From positions 26,309-90,308 of the forward strand of contig CAVUWV010000030.1 in NCBI GenBank assembly GCA_963745075.1: DNA of 64,000 nucleotides, in the 5' to 3' direction. A program made the position numbers and the translations under genes. Numbering within the stretch: position 1 is the first letter of the stretch; each line of letters opens with the position of its first letter. Shown piece by piece: positions 50,277 through 61,602 of the stretch. The DNA comes from Candidatus Hydrogenedentota bacterium. GTDB taxonomy: Bacteria > Hydrogenedentota > Hydrogenedentia > Hydrogenedentales > SLHB01. Under the pieces are notes generated by a model, which saw only the letters and a list, made by a program, of their open reading frames with translations, had not been told where the DNA came from and searched no databases.

Positions 50277-52544
50277 TCACTCCGCGACGCCTTGTTCTGC
50301 GGCATCAACCGCGGCGATGGCGGTCATGTTGACGACATCGACTTCGTTGAACCCACCGTATTGGAGGAGGTGCACGGGCTTGCGCATGCCGAGCAGGATC
50401 GGTCCGATAGCCTCCGCGCCGCCGAGGCGTTGCACGAGTTTGTAAGCAACGTTTCCGGCCTCGAGTGTCGGAAAGATCAACACGTTGGCGCCGCCGCCAC
50501 TAAGCCGGCTGAACGGGAACTGCTCTTCGAGGATGGAAGGCGTCACCGCCGTATCGGCTTGCATTTCGCCGTCGGCGATGATGTCAGGTTCGCGGTGTCG
50601 CAGGATTTCGACGGCTTTACGCACTTTTTCGGACTCGGGAAACCGGCTGCTGCCGAAGTTGCTGAAGGTGACCAAGGCCACGCGAGGCTCGATGTTGAAG
50701 CGGCGAACGCTGCTCGCGCAGAGGATGGCAATGTCCGCCAGATCCTCGGCGCCCGGGTTTACGTTTACCGTCGCGTCGGCGAAGAAATAGATCTTCTCCT
50801 TGAGCACCAACATATACATGCCGGCGACGCGACGCACGTCGGGACGCGCGCCGATGACTTCCAGTGCGGGCCGGAGCGTGTCCGGGTAGCTGGAAGTGAG
50901 CCCCGAGACCAACCCATCGGCGTCGCCCATGTGAACCATCATCGCGCCGAAATAGTTCCGGCGCGTGACAAAGCTGCGGGCCATCTCCCGCGAGACCCCT
51001 TTGCGCTGGCGCATGCGGAAGAACTCCTGCTCGTACCGGGGAAGACGTTCGCTCTTGAGAGGATCGATGATTTCCACGCCGCCGAGCAGATCGAGTCCCA
51101 ACTCCTCGATTATTTTTCGGATGCGTTTCCCGTTGCCGAGGAGGATGGGATGGGCCATGCCCTCGTCCAGGATCGTTTCACAGGCTTTCAGTATCGGCGC
51201 GTGATCGCCTTCCGGATAGACGATGCGCTTGGGCGCGTTGCGCGCCTTGTTGATCATGACGCGCATGATCTTGCGGGAAAGTCCCAAGCGCGCTTCGAGG
51301 CGTTCACGGTATTCGTCGATGTCGATCTTCTTGCGGGCGACGCCGGTTTCGATGGCGGCTCTTGCCACCGCCGAAGCTTCCCAGATGAGCACGCGCGGAT
51401 CGAAGGGCTTCGGTATGATGTAGTCGCGCCCGAACTGGAGGCGTTCTTTCCGGTAAGCCATCTCGACGGCGTAGGGCACGGGTTCGCGCGCGAGTTCCGC
51501 CAGGGCCTTGGAGGCCGCCACTTTCATCTCGTCGTTGATGGCCGTGGCGCGCACGTCAAGAGCGCCGCGAAAGATGAAGGGGAAACCGAGCACGTTGTTG
51601 ATCTGGTTGGGATAATCGCTGCGGCCGGTCGCCATGATGACGTTTGGCCGTGCGGCGACCGCATCCTCGTACGTGATCTCGGGATCGGGGTTGGCCATGG
51701 CGAAGATGATCGGATCGTCGGCCATGGAGCAGACCATGTCCTGGGTTACCAGATTCGCGCTGGAAACCCCCGCGAACACGTCGGCATCGACCATTGCCTC
51801 TTCCAAGGTGCGGCGGTCGGTGTCGACCGCGAAGGCTTCCTTATACGGGTTCATGCCATCGGTACGGCCCTTGTAGATGACGCCTTTTCTGTCGCAAAAG
51901 AGGATATTCTCATGGCGCACGCCCAGGGTGATGTAGAACTTGGCGCAGGCAATGCCTGCGGCCCCGGCGCCACAGAAAACCACGCGCACGTCTTCGATCT
52001 TCTTGCCGACGATTTCCAGCGCATTGAGCAGGCCCGCGCCGGAGATGATCGCGGTCCCGTGCTGGTCGTCGTGAAACACAGGGATATTCAGCCTCTCCTT
52101 GAGGCGCTCCTCGATGTAGAAGCATTCCGGCGCCTTGATGTCTTCGAGGTTGATGCCGCCGAAGGTGGGTTCGAGGAGCGTGACGGCCTTGATGATTTCG
52201 TCGGGGTCGTGCGTATTTAGCTCGATGTCGAACACGTCGATGTCGGCGAAGCGTTTGAAGAGGACCGCTTTGCCTTCCATGACGGGCTTGCCGGCCATGG
52301 GGCCAATGTCCCCGAGGCCGAGTACCGCCGTGCCGTTCGTGACGACGCCCACGAGGTTTCCTTTTGCCGTGTATTCGAAGACATCATCCGGGTTCTTCTC
52401 GATGGCGCGGCAGGGAACGGCGACGCCGGGAGTATACGCCAGGGACAAATCCCGCTGCGTCTGGCAAGGTTTTGTTGGTGTGACTTCCAGTTTCCCGTGC
52501 CGGACCCCGGCGTGATAGTCGAGCGCTTCGTTTTGCAGGTCCAT
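50277..52544 (-). CDS. maeB: NADP-dependent malic enzyme with phosphotransacetylase-like domain
   Basis: [67 protein letters not shown]. Confidence 0.97.
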   Translation of the reverse strand: MDLQNEALDYHAGVRHGKLEVTPTKPCQTQRDLSLAYTPGVAVPCRAIEKNPDDVFEYTAKGNLVGVVTNGTAVLGLGDIGPMAGKPVMEGKAVLFKRFADIDVFDIELNTHDPDEIIKAVTLLEPTFGGINLEDIKAPECFYIEERLKERLNIPVFHDDQHGTAIISGAGLLNALEIVGKKIEDVRVVFCGAGAAGIACAKFYITLGVRHENILFCDRKGVIYKGRTDGMNPYKEAFAVDTDRRTLEEAMVDADVFAGVSSANLVTQDMVCSMADDPIIFAMANPDPEITYEDAVAARPNVIMATGRSDYPNQINNVLGFPFIFRGALDVRATAINDEMKVAASKALAELAREPVPYAVEMAYRKERLQFGRDYIIPKPFDPRVLIWEASAVARAAIETGVARKKIDIDEYRERLEARLGLSRKIMRVMINKARNAPKRIVYPEGDHAPILKACETILDEGMAHPILLGNGKRIRKIIEELGLDLLGGVEIIDPLKSERLPRYEQEFFRMRQRKGVSREMARSFVTRRNYFGAMMVHMGDADGLVSGLTSSYPDTLRPALEVIGARPDVRRVAGMYMLVLKEKIYFFADATVNVNPGAEDLADIAILCASSVRRFNIEPRVALVTFSNFGSSRFPESEKVRKAVEILRHREPDIIADGEMQADTAVTPSILEEQFPFSRLSGGGANVLIFPTLEAGNVAYKLVQRLGGAEAIGPILLGMRKPVHLLQYGGFNEVDVVNMTAIAAVDAAEQGVAE

Positions 52545-52718
52545 GCTTTCCCCTTCTTTTGCCTACGATCCGTGTGGGCACGCTGTCAGCGTACGCCCAA
52601 ATAGGATAGCACGAATCGTGAGGCAACGCCTCCGCGCGGACGCGGCCGGCATTTCAACCTTGGCAAAGCTGTCCCGAGCGAATAGAATGGCGTTCAACAT
52701 TTTGGGGAGGCCAGTCTA

Positions 52719-53903
52719 ATGAATGTCCGAAAGAAGGTTATCTTGCTTGTCACCTTGGCGCTGTTCGCGGGGGCGGCGTACGCGGAGTCTATCTTCGTCA
52801 CGGAAAACATCTTTCCGCAGCAGGAGCTGCATTGTCACAGCAGCAGCATCGTGCGGTGTTCGAACGGGGATTTGCTGGTGTGTTGGTTTTACGGGACCGG
52901 CGAGCGCACGGCGGATGACGTTATCGTGCAGGGTGCGCGGTTGAAGAAGGGGGCCTCCGCCTGGAGCGAACCGTTCCTGATGGCGGATTCGAAGGATCTT
53001 GCGGACTGCAACCCGGTGTTGTACATCGATCGGAACGAGAAACTGTGGTTGTTCTGGATCTCCGTCCTCGCCAAGCGGTGGGAATGCGGGATGCTGAAGT
53101 ACCGGACGTTGACCGACTATCTGGGCGATGGGCCGCCAAAGTGGGATTGGCAGGACGTCATCGTGTTGAAGCCCGGTGAGGCGTTTGCCGAAGACGTTGA
53201 GTCGAAACTGAAAGAAATGCATTATCCGGAAGGTACGTGGGCCGAATATGCCCGGCCGTATCCGGAGCAACTGATCCAGGCGTCCAAGGATCCTTACAAA
53301 CGTCAGACCGGATGGATGCCGCGCATTCATCCCCTGACGTTGAAGAGTGGCCGCATCATTCTTCCGCTCTATTCGGATGGCTTCAACATGTCGGTCATGG
53401 CGATCTCGGACGACGACGGCGCGACGTGGCACGCCAGCCTGCCGATTGTCGGGTCGGGTCCGCAGCAGGGTTCCCTGATTCCGCGAAGTGACGGGACCAT
53501 CGCTGCGTACCTGCGTGATGAGGGTGACCCTCCGGGGCGTATACAGATGAGTGAATCCGTCGATGACGGGGAATCCTGGTCGATTCCAGTCGATCTCGAC
53601 ATTCCCAATCCCGATTCGAGTTTGGAGGTCATTCCCTTGAAGAGCGGTAAGTGGGTGCTGGTCTGCAACGATACCGAAGACAGCCGGGCGCAGTTGACGG
53701 CATACGTGTCCGACGACGAAGGCAAGACCTGGAAATGGCGGCGTCAGATTGAACCATCTGACAATGAGGGCGATAACTTCTCCTACCCCTCGGTGATTCA
53801 GGCGCCGGACGGATTGATCCACATGACCTATACATACAGAGGTCCCAAGGGAAACTCGATTCGGCATACGACATTAAACGAAGAGTGGCTGCTCGGCAAG
53901 TGA
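52719..53903 (+). CDS. Secreted exo-alpha-sialidase-like (BNR_2) protein
   Basis: Signal peptide; HCHSSSIV, NPVLY, SDDDGATW, SVDDGESW, SDDEGKTW, FSYPSVIQ. Confidence 0.85.
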   Translation: MNVRKKVILLVTLALFAGAAYAESIFVTENIFPQQELHCHSSSIVRCSNGDLLVCWFYGTGERTADDVIVQGARLKKGASAWSEPFLMADSKDLADCNPVLYIDRNEKLWLFWISVLAKRWECGMLKYRTLTDYLGDGPPKWDWQDVIVLKPGEAFAEDVESKLKEMHYPEGTWAEYARPYPEQLIQASKDPYKRQTGWMPRIHPLTLKSGRIILPLYSDGFNMSVMAISDDDGATWHASLPIVGSGPQQGSLIPRSDGTIAAYLRDEGDPPGRIQMSESVDDGESWSIPVDLDIPNPDSSLEVIPLKSGKWVLVCNDTEDSRAQLTAYVSDDEGKTWKWRRQIEPSDNEGDNFSYPSVIQAPDGLIHMTYTYRGPKGNSIRHTTLNEEWLLGK

Positions 53904-53933
53904 GTTTGTAGCGCTTCGCATAGTAGGTAAAAG

Positions 53934-53969
53934 AAGAGCGGGCGCTTCGTATACGAAATGCCCGCTCTT
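53934..53969. terminator. Bidirectional terminator between convergent genes
   Basis: AAGAGCGGGC-GC-TTCGTATACGAA-AT-GCCCGCTCTT hairpin. Confidence 0.75.
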
Positions 53970-53990
53970 ACTAATTGAAGCTTAAGAATC

Positions 53991-55709
53991 TCAGTAAGCC
54001 GTGAACGGTCCGGTTACGACAACCTGGACGGGGACGTTCTCCAGCGAGGTCGGAATCTGGCTTCGCGCGGACGCGTTTTCCGAGGCCAGGAACACGCGGA
54101 TGGACGGCTTGCCTGATTTCGACAACCCGACGCCGTGGCCGACCACACCCGGGATGTTCAGGAGCGCCTGCGAATGGCGGGCGTTGACATTACGGACAGT
54201 CTGGAGCTTTACGACCTTACTCGCGGCGCCGGAGGCACTTCCCGATGTGGATGACGCGCTGGCGTTGCAGAAATCAGCGGGAACGCTGTCCGTGCCTTTG
54301 ACGAATGAGTTGACGGGCGTTGAACCCGATACAAAGGCTAGACCGGCGGCGGCGATATCCGTAACTTCAGTGGAATAGGTTCCGGATGAGGCGTTACGTA
54401 CGCCAACGGAAGCTTCGCCGTTGCTTCCGGTCGTGCCGGATGCGCTTCCGATCGACTGGGAGTTGTAGGTGACCTCGACGGTCACGGAGGCGTTCGCGAG
54501 CAGGTTGCCAAGGTCGTCTTCCGCCCGAACCGTGATCACCAAGTCCTTGTCGTGATTCTTGCCGCCTTTGGTATCGTAAATCACGCACCGCACGCGGGAC
54601 ATGGTTGCGACTGTGGCTGCGTTCAAGGGCGAAATCGACCGCTGTGTCGGCGCTGTCGTTGACCGTCGCCGTGGTCTGCTGGACTTCATAGCCCAGCGCG
54701 CTTGCCGTGACGGTGTGATCCCCGGTGGAGATTCCATCAATAGCGTAGGCGCCATTCGTGTCGGTCGAAGCGCTCTGGCCCGTGTCTACCTGCACGGTTG
54801 CACCCGCGATACCGGCGCTGGTCAAAGCGTCTGTTACGACGCCGGAGATCGACCCCGTCGCCACCGGGGTGCCCGTCGTGGCGCCGACCATGGAAACGCC
54901 TAAGCCGCTCAGCACGGCGTCAATGGGGTTTGCGATGGTGGAACTGGAGCTACCGGCGAACAGGAGCCCGACCGCACGGGGTTGGCCGTTTGCAGGGTCG
55001 GAGGTCCCGGACTCGAGAATGAGCGAACCGGAGTCGCCGCCCGCACTGAAGCTTCCCGGCGTGATGCGGACCTGGTTGACGAAACGGGCGACATTTTTGG
55101 CGGCCCCGCCGCATTCGTCCGAATAACCCACGTCGACCGTCACGTCGATTTCCGAGACACTGCCCGTCGTATGCCCGGTGGTACGGCCGCTTTTCTGAAC
55201 GGCCTGGCCGACGGAAGCAACGAGCGTATTCGCGCTCGGCACACCGACATCCAGAATGGTTCCGTCAGTCTGGACTTGACCGGCGCGAATTTCGGCCACC
55301 GCCGCATCAACATAATTCTGCGGGGCGATTACGGCCTTGCCTGAACATCAACGGGACGAACCCGCTGAGATCGGCCACAATTCCGCTTTGTCCGCAACTT
55401 TGATCGACCATGCCCGGGCTGGTTCACGTCTTCGCCGACAATCCCGTTATTCGCCCGCGCCAGCACATGGTTGTTGCTCAAAATGTACAGGGTTCCCGCG
55501 CCGTCCCGGACGAGCGCCCCGAGGGTCCCGCTACAGCAATAGAGCGTGCTGTGGTCTTCGATGTTCCCGCCGCTTGTTCCCAGCGCAATGGGCCGGGCTT
55601 GGCTGACCTGATGCTCCGGCCCGGAATCCGCGTGCGCGGAGACCAGTGCCGCGCATACTACGGCAACCAGCCGGACAGTGCTCTTGAATGGAAAGATCGT
55701 GATACGCAT
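53991..55709 (-). CDS. Secreted trypsin-like serine protease with Ig-like domains, split by three apparent +1 frameshifts
   Basis: GTLGALV, His in LSNNHV, Asp in VDAAVA (recovered at a junction), KSGRTTG, Ser in GDSGS; then a carboxypeptidase-regulatory-like GSISGVVTD...STDTNGAY domain. Confidence 0.82.
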
Positions 55710-55829
55710 TTGGCTACCCTTATCATTACTTTGGACCAGATCGTCGTTAAGGCCTTGCAAACCGTTGACAAAGGGTAGCATACGTCGAAAATTGCGTCAA
55801 TGACGCAAAACTAGTACGGAATTTTCGAG

Positions 55830-56885
55830 TTATCCCACGAGATAGCGGTCGAGCCAGTCGAGAACCAGCGCCCGCATTTCGGGAAGTTCCTGGTGGGGAC
55901 AGTCGAAAAGATCGATCTGGCAGTCTTCGCGGTGGCCGAACTGCTCATAAAGGGGAAGCAGATAATCCCGGACCTTTTCGACGCCGCGGGGCGGGGTCAA
56001 CCCGTCCTCGCGACCGTTAAGACTCAGGCGTGGGCGCGGCACGATAAGTTCGTTGATGCCGGCGGTGTCGAAGTGTTTGAGCAGGCTGGGGACGTAGTAG
56101 TAGATGCCGTGCCGGTGCAAGCCTTTGTCTTCGATGAGGGAGTCGAAATCGGTCAGGCAGCAGAGGTCGATGCAGACCTTGATGCGTTCGTCGAGGGCGG
56201 ACATCCACCAGGCTTTGGTGGAGCCCATGGACATGCCGAAGGCTCCGATACGTTCCGTATCGACTTCCGGACGGGAACACAAATAATTGAGCGCCTGCCA
56301 CTCGTCGAAGAGCATCATGCCGAAGAGCACCTGGCCTTTCCAGAGCATCTCCTTGAAGGTGTCCTCTTCCCCACGCCGGCCTTCTTCAGGGTACGGTGCG
56401 CGTTCGCCAAAACACCAACTGTCGATGGCCAGGGCGACGATACCTTTCTCCGCGTATACGGGGGCGTAGGCTTCCATGGCACGCGTGCCTTGGAGCAGTT
56501 CCATCTTCCCCACGTTGTAGTCGCCGCCGTGCCAGTGGATGTAGAGCATGCCCGGCGCGGGGGTCTTGACCTTGTCGGGGATTAGCATCAATGCGGGGAC
56601 CGGTTGGATGCCGTTGAGGTCGAGAACGAGGTGTTCGAGGGTGAAGCCGTCGTGCTGTTCGCGCTTGAGCGGTTTAGCTGCTGGTTTCCGCTTCTCCGGA
56701 AGATCGCCGAGCAGGTTCCAGAGTTCTTCCCGTCGGGCCTTTTGAAACTTAGTGAAATCGCGGTTGGTCTTCGACATGGCGGCCCACGCTCCTTCTGCAG
56801 TCATTCCGGCGGCGGCAAACAGGGCAGTGCTTCGGATGAAATCGCGCCGTATCATTCTCGAATCATTCGGTTCCCACGCATTCAT
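55830..56885 (-). CDS. Tat-exported alpha/beta hydrolase (dienelactone hydrolase/acetylxylan-esterase-like)
   Basis: RRDF signal; YIHWHGG, nucleophile GMSMG, APRPRL-like VPRPRLSLNG, CPHQ. Confidence 0.85.
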   Translation of the reverse strand: MNAWEPNDSRMIRRDFIRSTALFAAAGMTAEGAWAAMSKTNRDFTKFQKARREELWNLLGDLPEKRKPAAKPLKREQHDGFTLEHLVLDLNGIQPVPALMLIPDKVKTPAPGMLYIHWHGGDYNVGKMELLQGTRAMEAYAPVYAEKGIVALAIDSWCFGERAPYPEEGRRGEEDTFKEMLWKGQVLFGMMLFDEWQALNYLCSRPEVDTERIGAFGMSMGSTKAWWMSALDERIKVCIDLCCLTDFDSLIEDKGLHRHGIYYYVPSLLKHFDTAGINELIVPRPRLSLNGREDGLTPPRGVEKVRDYLLPLYEQFGHREDCQIDLFDCPHQELPEMRALVLDWLDRYLVG

Positions 56886-56915
56886 GGTAACGACGTTCCT
56901 CCCGGGTCCATGGTG

Positions 56916-59316
56916 CTATGCACGCTCCGGCTGTTCCGGTGACTTCGCAATCACAATGCTTGCAAGATACCCGATTAGGAAGGCCGTACAAAACCCGATG
57001 GCGCCGTGGAGGAAGAAATGGATGGGAGTGAATCGGTGGACCCAATACACGACTACCGCGCTCACGACCGCGCCGACGATTGCCCCTGCCCCGTTTCCGC
57101 GTTTTGTGAACACGCCCAGGGCCATGATGCCGGCAAGGCCGCCGCCCACGAGGCCGAGGATTTGCAGCCATTGGTCAAAGAGCGACGGCGCATCGAGTCG
57201 CGCGACGACCAAGGCGAGGCCGGTTCCGAAGACGCCGAAGAACAAGGTCAACCCCCGCGCGACGCGGAGGCCGTGTGGTTCGGTGATATTCGGACGAAAG
57301 CGGCGGTAGTAATCGGTCACGAGGACCGTCGACATGCTGTTGATGCTGCTGTCGAGGGAAGACATGGCCGCGGCGAACACGCCTGCGATGAGCAGCCCCG
57401 ACAAGCCTTGCGGGAACTGCTCGGCCACGAACAGCGGCAGGATAGCGTCAGTCTTGAGCCGCGGATCGAGGAGGTCCGGATGGCTGCGGTAGAAGACCCA
57501 TAGCGCGGTACCAATGCCAAAAAACAGAACGGAAATTGGAATGGTCAGCAGCGCGTTCGTCCAGACCGCTTTGGCAGCGTCTTTTTCGGTGGAAGTGCTC
57601 AGGTAGCGTTGCACGACGGTTTGGTCGGCGGTACTCGGGTAGGCCATACCGAAGGCGTTTCCGATAACGCAGACCCATACCGCAGTGGTGGTGGCGTCCC
57701 AAGTCCAATTGAAGGTGTGGAACTTGCCGGCTTCCCATCCCGTCGAAACGATCCCGGAGAACCCTCCATCCACGTCCCATGCGATAACGGCTACCGCCGC
57801 GAGAGCCCCGGCCACAAGCACGAAGGACTGCAGCACATCGGTCCAGATGACGGCCTCAATACCGCCCATCATGGTGTAGATCGTGGTCAACACGCCCATG
57901 ACGAGGATGCACGCGTAAATGTTGAGTCCGGTTGCTGCGGACAGGGCGATGGCGGGCAGGAACAACACGATAGCCAGAACGTCCGATCTGGAAACTGAGG
58001 AATACAAGACTCCCGTAAACCCGAATGGGAAAGTTGAAACGCGTTTCCAGGTATTCGTAGGCGGTGGTGATGGGGGCTTCACGGAATCGCGGGAGGTAGT
58101 AGCGCACCACAAACGGCGCCACGGCGAGAATGCCGAGGTTGCTGAGGATAAAGACCCAATCGGTCGCATACGCTTTGGCTGGGATGGCGAGATAGGTAAT
58201 GGCGCTCAAGGACGTGCCGAAAATGCTCAGTCCTACGGCCCACCAGGGGACGCGGCGGCCGCCCAGGAAGAAATCCTCCGTGGTGCGTTCGCGGCGGGCG
58301 AAGTAGGCGCCCATCCCGACCAGGATACCGAAGTACAGGACGAGGGCGACGTAGTCCAGGATGGTGAAGGCGCCTTTCCGCGGGATCGGAGACCCAAAGT
58401 ACACGCGGGTGACATGGTCACCTGGACAGACCAGGACCGGGTTGCCGTCTAGTACGGTTGCGGTTCTGGGCCCGCTGGCGGGGGGTGACATGCCGTAATG
58501 GGTCCACGTGTCGGTGATGGTGTCATAAGCGAGGACTTCATCACCAAAGAACAGGAGATGCGCCTGACCGTAGGGGATTGCGGGGCCGACCGCACGTCCT
58601 TCCGGTAGTGGCGCGATGAACGACCAGCCGGCTCCGGGCGTGTAACGGAAACAGTCCCGTAGAAATTCACCGTTCGCATCATGGCCGCCGCACACGTAGA
58701 GGTTTCCGCCGCTAGTCGCGACGGCAGCGTCGTATCGTGGCACGCCCGGCACCTGCTCCAACACCCGCCATCCCGATTCCTGCGCGTTCAGGCTGAGCGC
58801 CCATAATTGGTTCTGCGGACGCCCCTTCAATCGGCCCGATACGCCGGAAACGTAGACCGTATCACCCAATAGTGCAGCGCCCGGACTCGACAACGGCTCG
58901 GGCAAGGCCGGCAAGGGTCCGATTTTGGCGGTGTCCGCGCCCTGGATCTCGATTTGCCACACGCTGTCCACGGAGGCGTCGGTCTGTCCTCCAATTCCAA
59001 CGATACTATGCCCTGTCGAAAGGGTCGCCCCTCCCCAGACGGCGACAGGCAAGGTCGCTGCCGGTTTCCACGCCGATGCGGTGGGGGGTAAGAGGTAGGC
59101 TTGCCCGTTTGCCAGAGGCCGGCCCTCGTGGACCGTCCGGCCTCCGGCTACGAGTAGAACGCCGTTATCGGATGCCAGAAATGGTTGAACCAGGTTCGCA
59201 GGAAGATTGGGCAGCGATTTCCAGTCGAAGAGACCATCGGACGGATTGGCGCGGGCAGAGGTCGCACCGAGCAGGAAGATGACGGCGCAGAAGGCAAGGG
59301 GTTTCGATCTCAACAC
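56916..59316 (-). CDS. Kelch/NanM-like beta-propeller fused to a sodium:solute symporter (one +1 frameshift near 57980)
   Basis: GTG start after GAGGA; Kelch GG motifs (LLVAGG, LYVCGG); SSS motifs FFLGGRRVPWWAVGLS, AYEYLETRF, GGIEAVIWTD, DQTVVQRYL, FAAAMSSLDS. Confidence 0.9.
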
Positions 59317-59541
59317 TCGTTGTCCTCGTATTCCGTGCACGAGATTCGGAGGCTGCATCAAGTACGGAGTCTGTGACCGGTCGTGGGCTAGGATATCGGT
59401 CCATCTCAGTGATTTGCAAGGAATTGCAGGGCATGAGAGGTGGTTGATTTCAGCGTGCGTTTGCGGGCATACTCTGGGCGGTGTCGCATACCGCGACAAC
59501 GCAAATTGGCCGATCCACTGGACAACTTGGAAAACCCACAA

Positions 59542-59835
59542 ATGAAGGGCTCGAACCGCGAGTTTCTCCGAAGCAAGGCGCATCCGCTCAAGCCGCTGGT
59601 ATTCGTTGGAAAACAAGGGGTTACGGATAGTCTGCTCGTGGCGGTGAACGAAAATCTGACCGCACACGAGTTGATTAAAGTAAAGTTTAATGATCTCAAG
59701 GATCGGAAGCGGGCCATCGCAGAAGAAATTGCAGACCGTACCGAGAGTGAGCTGGTGGGCATCGTGGGCAACATCGCGACGTTTTACCGGCAGCATCCCG
59801 AGGAAGACAAGCGCCGAATTCATCCGCCCGGGTGA
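59542..59835 (+). CDS. yhbY: YhbY/CRS1 RNA-binding protein
   Basis: LRSKAHPLKPLVFVGKQG, HELIKVK, VGIVGNIATFYR. Confidence 0.93.
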   Translation: MKGSNREFLRSKAHPLKPLVFVGKQGVTDSLLVAVNENLTAHELIKVKFNDLKDRKRAIAEEIADRTESELVGIVGNIATFYRQHPEEDKRRIHPPG

Positions 59836-59913
59836 GTTGGAACACATTGCGTTCCCGCTCGTGGAAGTGTAGAATATAGTTAGGCTTGCAAACATCATGG
59901 AGATAGCTGAGCA

Positions 59914-60159
59914 ATGACTGCAAAACGAATGATAGCGCTGGTGACACTGTGCGTCGTGGCGGTATTCCTTTTGTCGGCCTTCGCCCAGCCCGCGTACGCT
60001 CAGGCTGGCGATCGGAATCTTGCCGAAAAGAAAGGCATCGCGGGCCTATTCCAGGGTAAAGGCGTCGAAGCAGGTGATCCGCGGTTGCCAACACCGTTTC
60101 AGAAATGGGCGGGCATCGGTTCGATCCTCGTCATGATCATCGTGGTGAAATACCTCTAA
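59914..60159 (+). CDS. Small protein with signal peptide and C-terminal TM
   Basis: 81 aa; signal ending PAYA; C-terminal WAGIGSILVMIIVVKYL. Confidence 0.72.
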   Translation: MTAKRMIALVTLCVVAVFLLSAFAQPAYAQAGDRNLAEKKGIAGLFQGKGVEAGDPRLPTPFQKWAGIGSILVMIIVVKYL

Positions 60160-60243
60160 GGGTCCCACCCCAACTTACCGCAACGACGCGGCTGCAATCA
60201 GGAGCCGCCCTTCGGGGCGCGAGGGGCCGCGGGGAAGATTCTG

Positions 60244-61602
60244 GTGGAAAACACCATCCTTCTGCTAGACGATGAACCGGGCATCCTGGAAGTGATGCGA
60301 AAGCATCTCGCCACTCAGGGGTATGCGTGCACTGCGGAAACTTCGCCGAAGCAGGCGTTGGCGTTGCTGCGTCAGAAACGTTTCGCATTGCTCTTCACCG
60401 ATTTGCGCATGCCGGAAATTGATGGCATGGAGGTGGTGCGCCAAGCCAAGGCCGGCGACGGAGACATGGCCGTCGTGGTCGTCACGGCGATTCAGGAAGT
60501 CAGTAACGCGATCGATGCCATGCGGGCCGGAGCCGACGATTACATCGTCAAACCGTTCAACCTGAGCGAGGTTGGCACGGCGGCCGAGCGGGCGCTCGAA
60601 AAGCGAACCCAGAATATCGAGAAACGGCATCGTCAGGAGGATTTGGAGCACCGTCTTTCTGAGGCCACCGAGGATCTCGAACGGCTCAACGGGGAGTTGC
60701 GGAACACCAAGCAGTACCTGGAAAGCCTGATCGAGAGCACCATTGACGGCATCATCACTACCGATACGGAGAACCGGATCGAATTCATCAACGAAGGCGC
60801 CCTTCGTGTACTGGGATACGCGCGGCAGGAGCTGTTGGGAAAGGCGGCATCGTTCATCTACGCCGGCGGCGACGAAGAGGTCGCGTTTATCCGGCGGAAG
60901 CTGGAGGAAAGCGTTGTCCTGAAGGATTACGAGACGGAGCTATTGCAAAAGTCGGGCGAAACGGTTCCGGTGAACGCGTCCATTTCACCGGTGTTCGATG
61001 CGAGCAAGCAGGTGCGCTCGATTTTGGCCGTGTGCAAGGATATTACGCGCCAAAAGGAACTGGAACACGAACTCAAGGAACTGTCGGTCAAGGACAGTCT
61101 GACCGGGCTGTACAATCAGCGATATTTTTACGACCGCCTGGCCCAGGAAATCGAGCGTGCGCAGCGTCAGAAGCATCCGTTGTCGATGCTGCTCTTCGAT
61201 ATCGACCAGTTCAAGTCGTACAACGACGGGAAGGGCCACCTCGAGGGCGACCGCGTGTTGCAGACGGCGGGACAGGTCGTGATTCAGAGCACACGCGAGC
61301 ATGTGGACCTCGGCTTCCGCTATGGAGGCGACGAATTTACGGTGATCCTGCCGGAAGCCGGCGAAGAACAGGCGCTTCATATCGCCGAACGTATTCGGAA
61401 GGGGTTTCGTGAACGGGGTTTCGACGAACTCACGTTGAGTATCGGACTCATGACCTATCAGTCGGGTCTGAGCTTGAAATCGTTCATTCATCTGACCGAT
61501 GCCGAGATGTATGAAGCGAAACGAGCGGGCGGAGACCGCGTCAGCGTGTACCGCCCGGAGCAACACCAGGCGTCCGCAGTAGAGGAAAGTCAAAACGCAT
61601 GA
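60244..61602 (+). CDS. Diguanylate cyclase, REC-PAS-GGDEF
   Basis: LLLDDE, FTDLRMP; PAS; DSLTGLYN, DIDQFKSYND..GH..GD, RYGGDEF. Confidence 0.95.
   Translation: MENTILLLDDEPGILEVMRKHLATQGYACTAETSPKQALALLRQKRFALLFTDLRMPEIDGMEVVRQAKAGDGDMAVVVVTAIQEVSNAIDAMRAGADDYIVKPFNLSEVGTAAERALEKRTQNIEKRHRQEDLEHRLSEATEDLERLNGELRNTKQYLESLIESTIDGIITTDTENRIEFINEGALRVLGYARQELLGKAASFIYAGGDEEVAFIRRKLEESVVLKDYETELLQKSGETVPVNASISPVFDASKQVRSILAVCKDITRQKELEHELKELSVKDSLTGLYNQRYFYDRLAQEIERAQRQKHPLSMLLFDIDQFKSYNDGKGHLEGDRVLQTAGQVVIQSTREHVDLGFRYGGDEFTVILPEAGEEQALHIAERIRKGFRERGFDELTLSIGLMTYQSGLSLKSFIHLTDAEMYEAKRAGGDRVSVYRPEQHQASAVEESQNA

Noticed and set aside
50250-52220. Long antisense ORFs (e.g. 50250-52220 +, 5141-6088 -, 8368-9318 -, 28727-29605 +, 2947-3843 +) and same-strand alternative-frame ORFs such as 13104-14528 -
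   Set aside because: They overlap well-supported genes and have no recognisable motifs. They are the expected shadows of high-GC codon bias.
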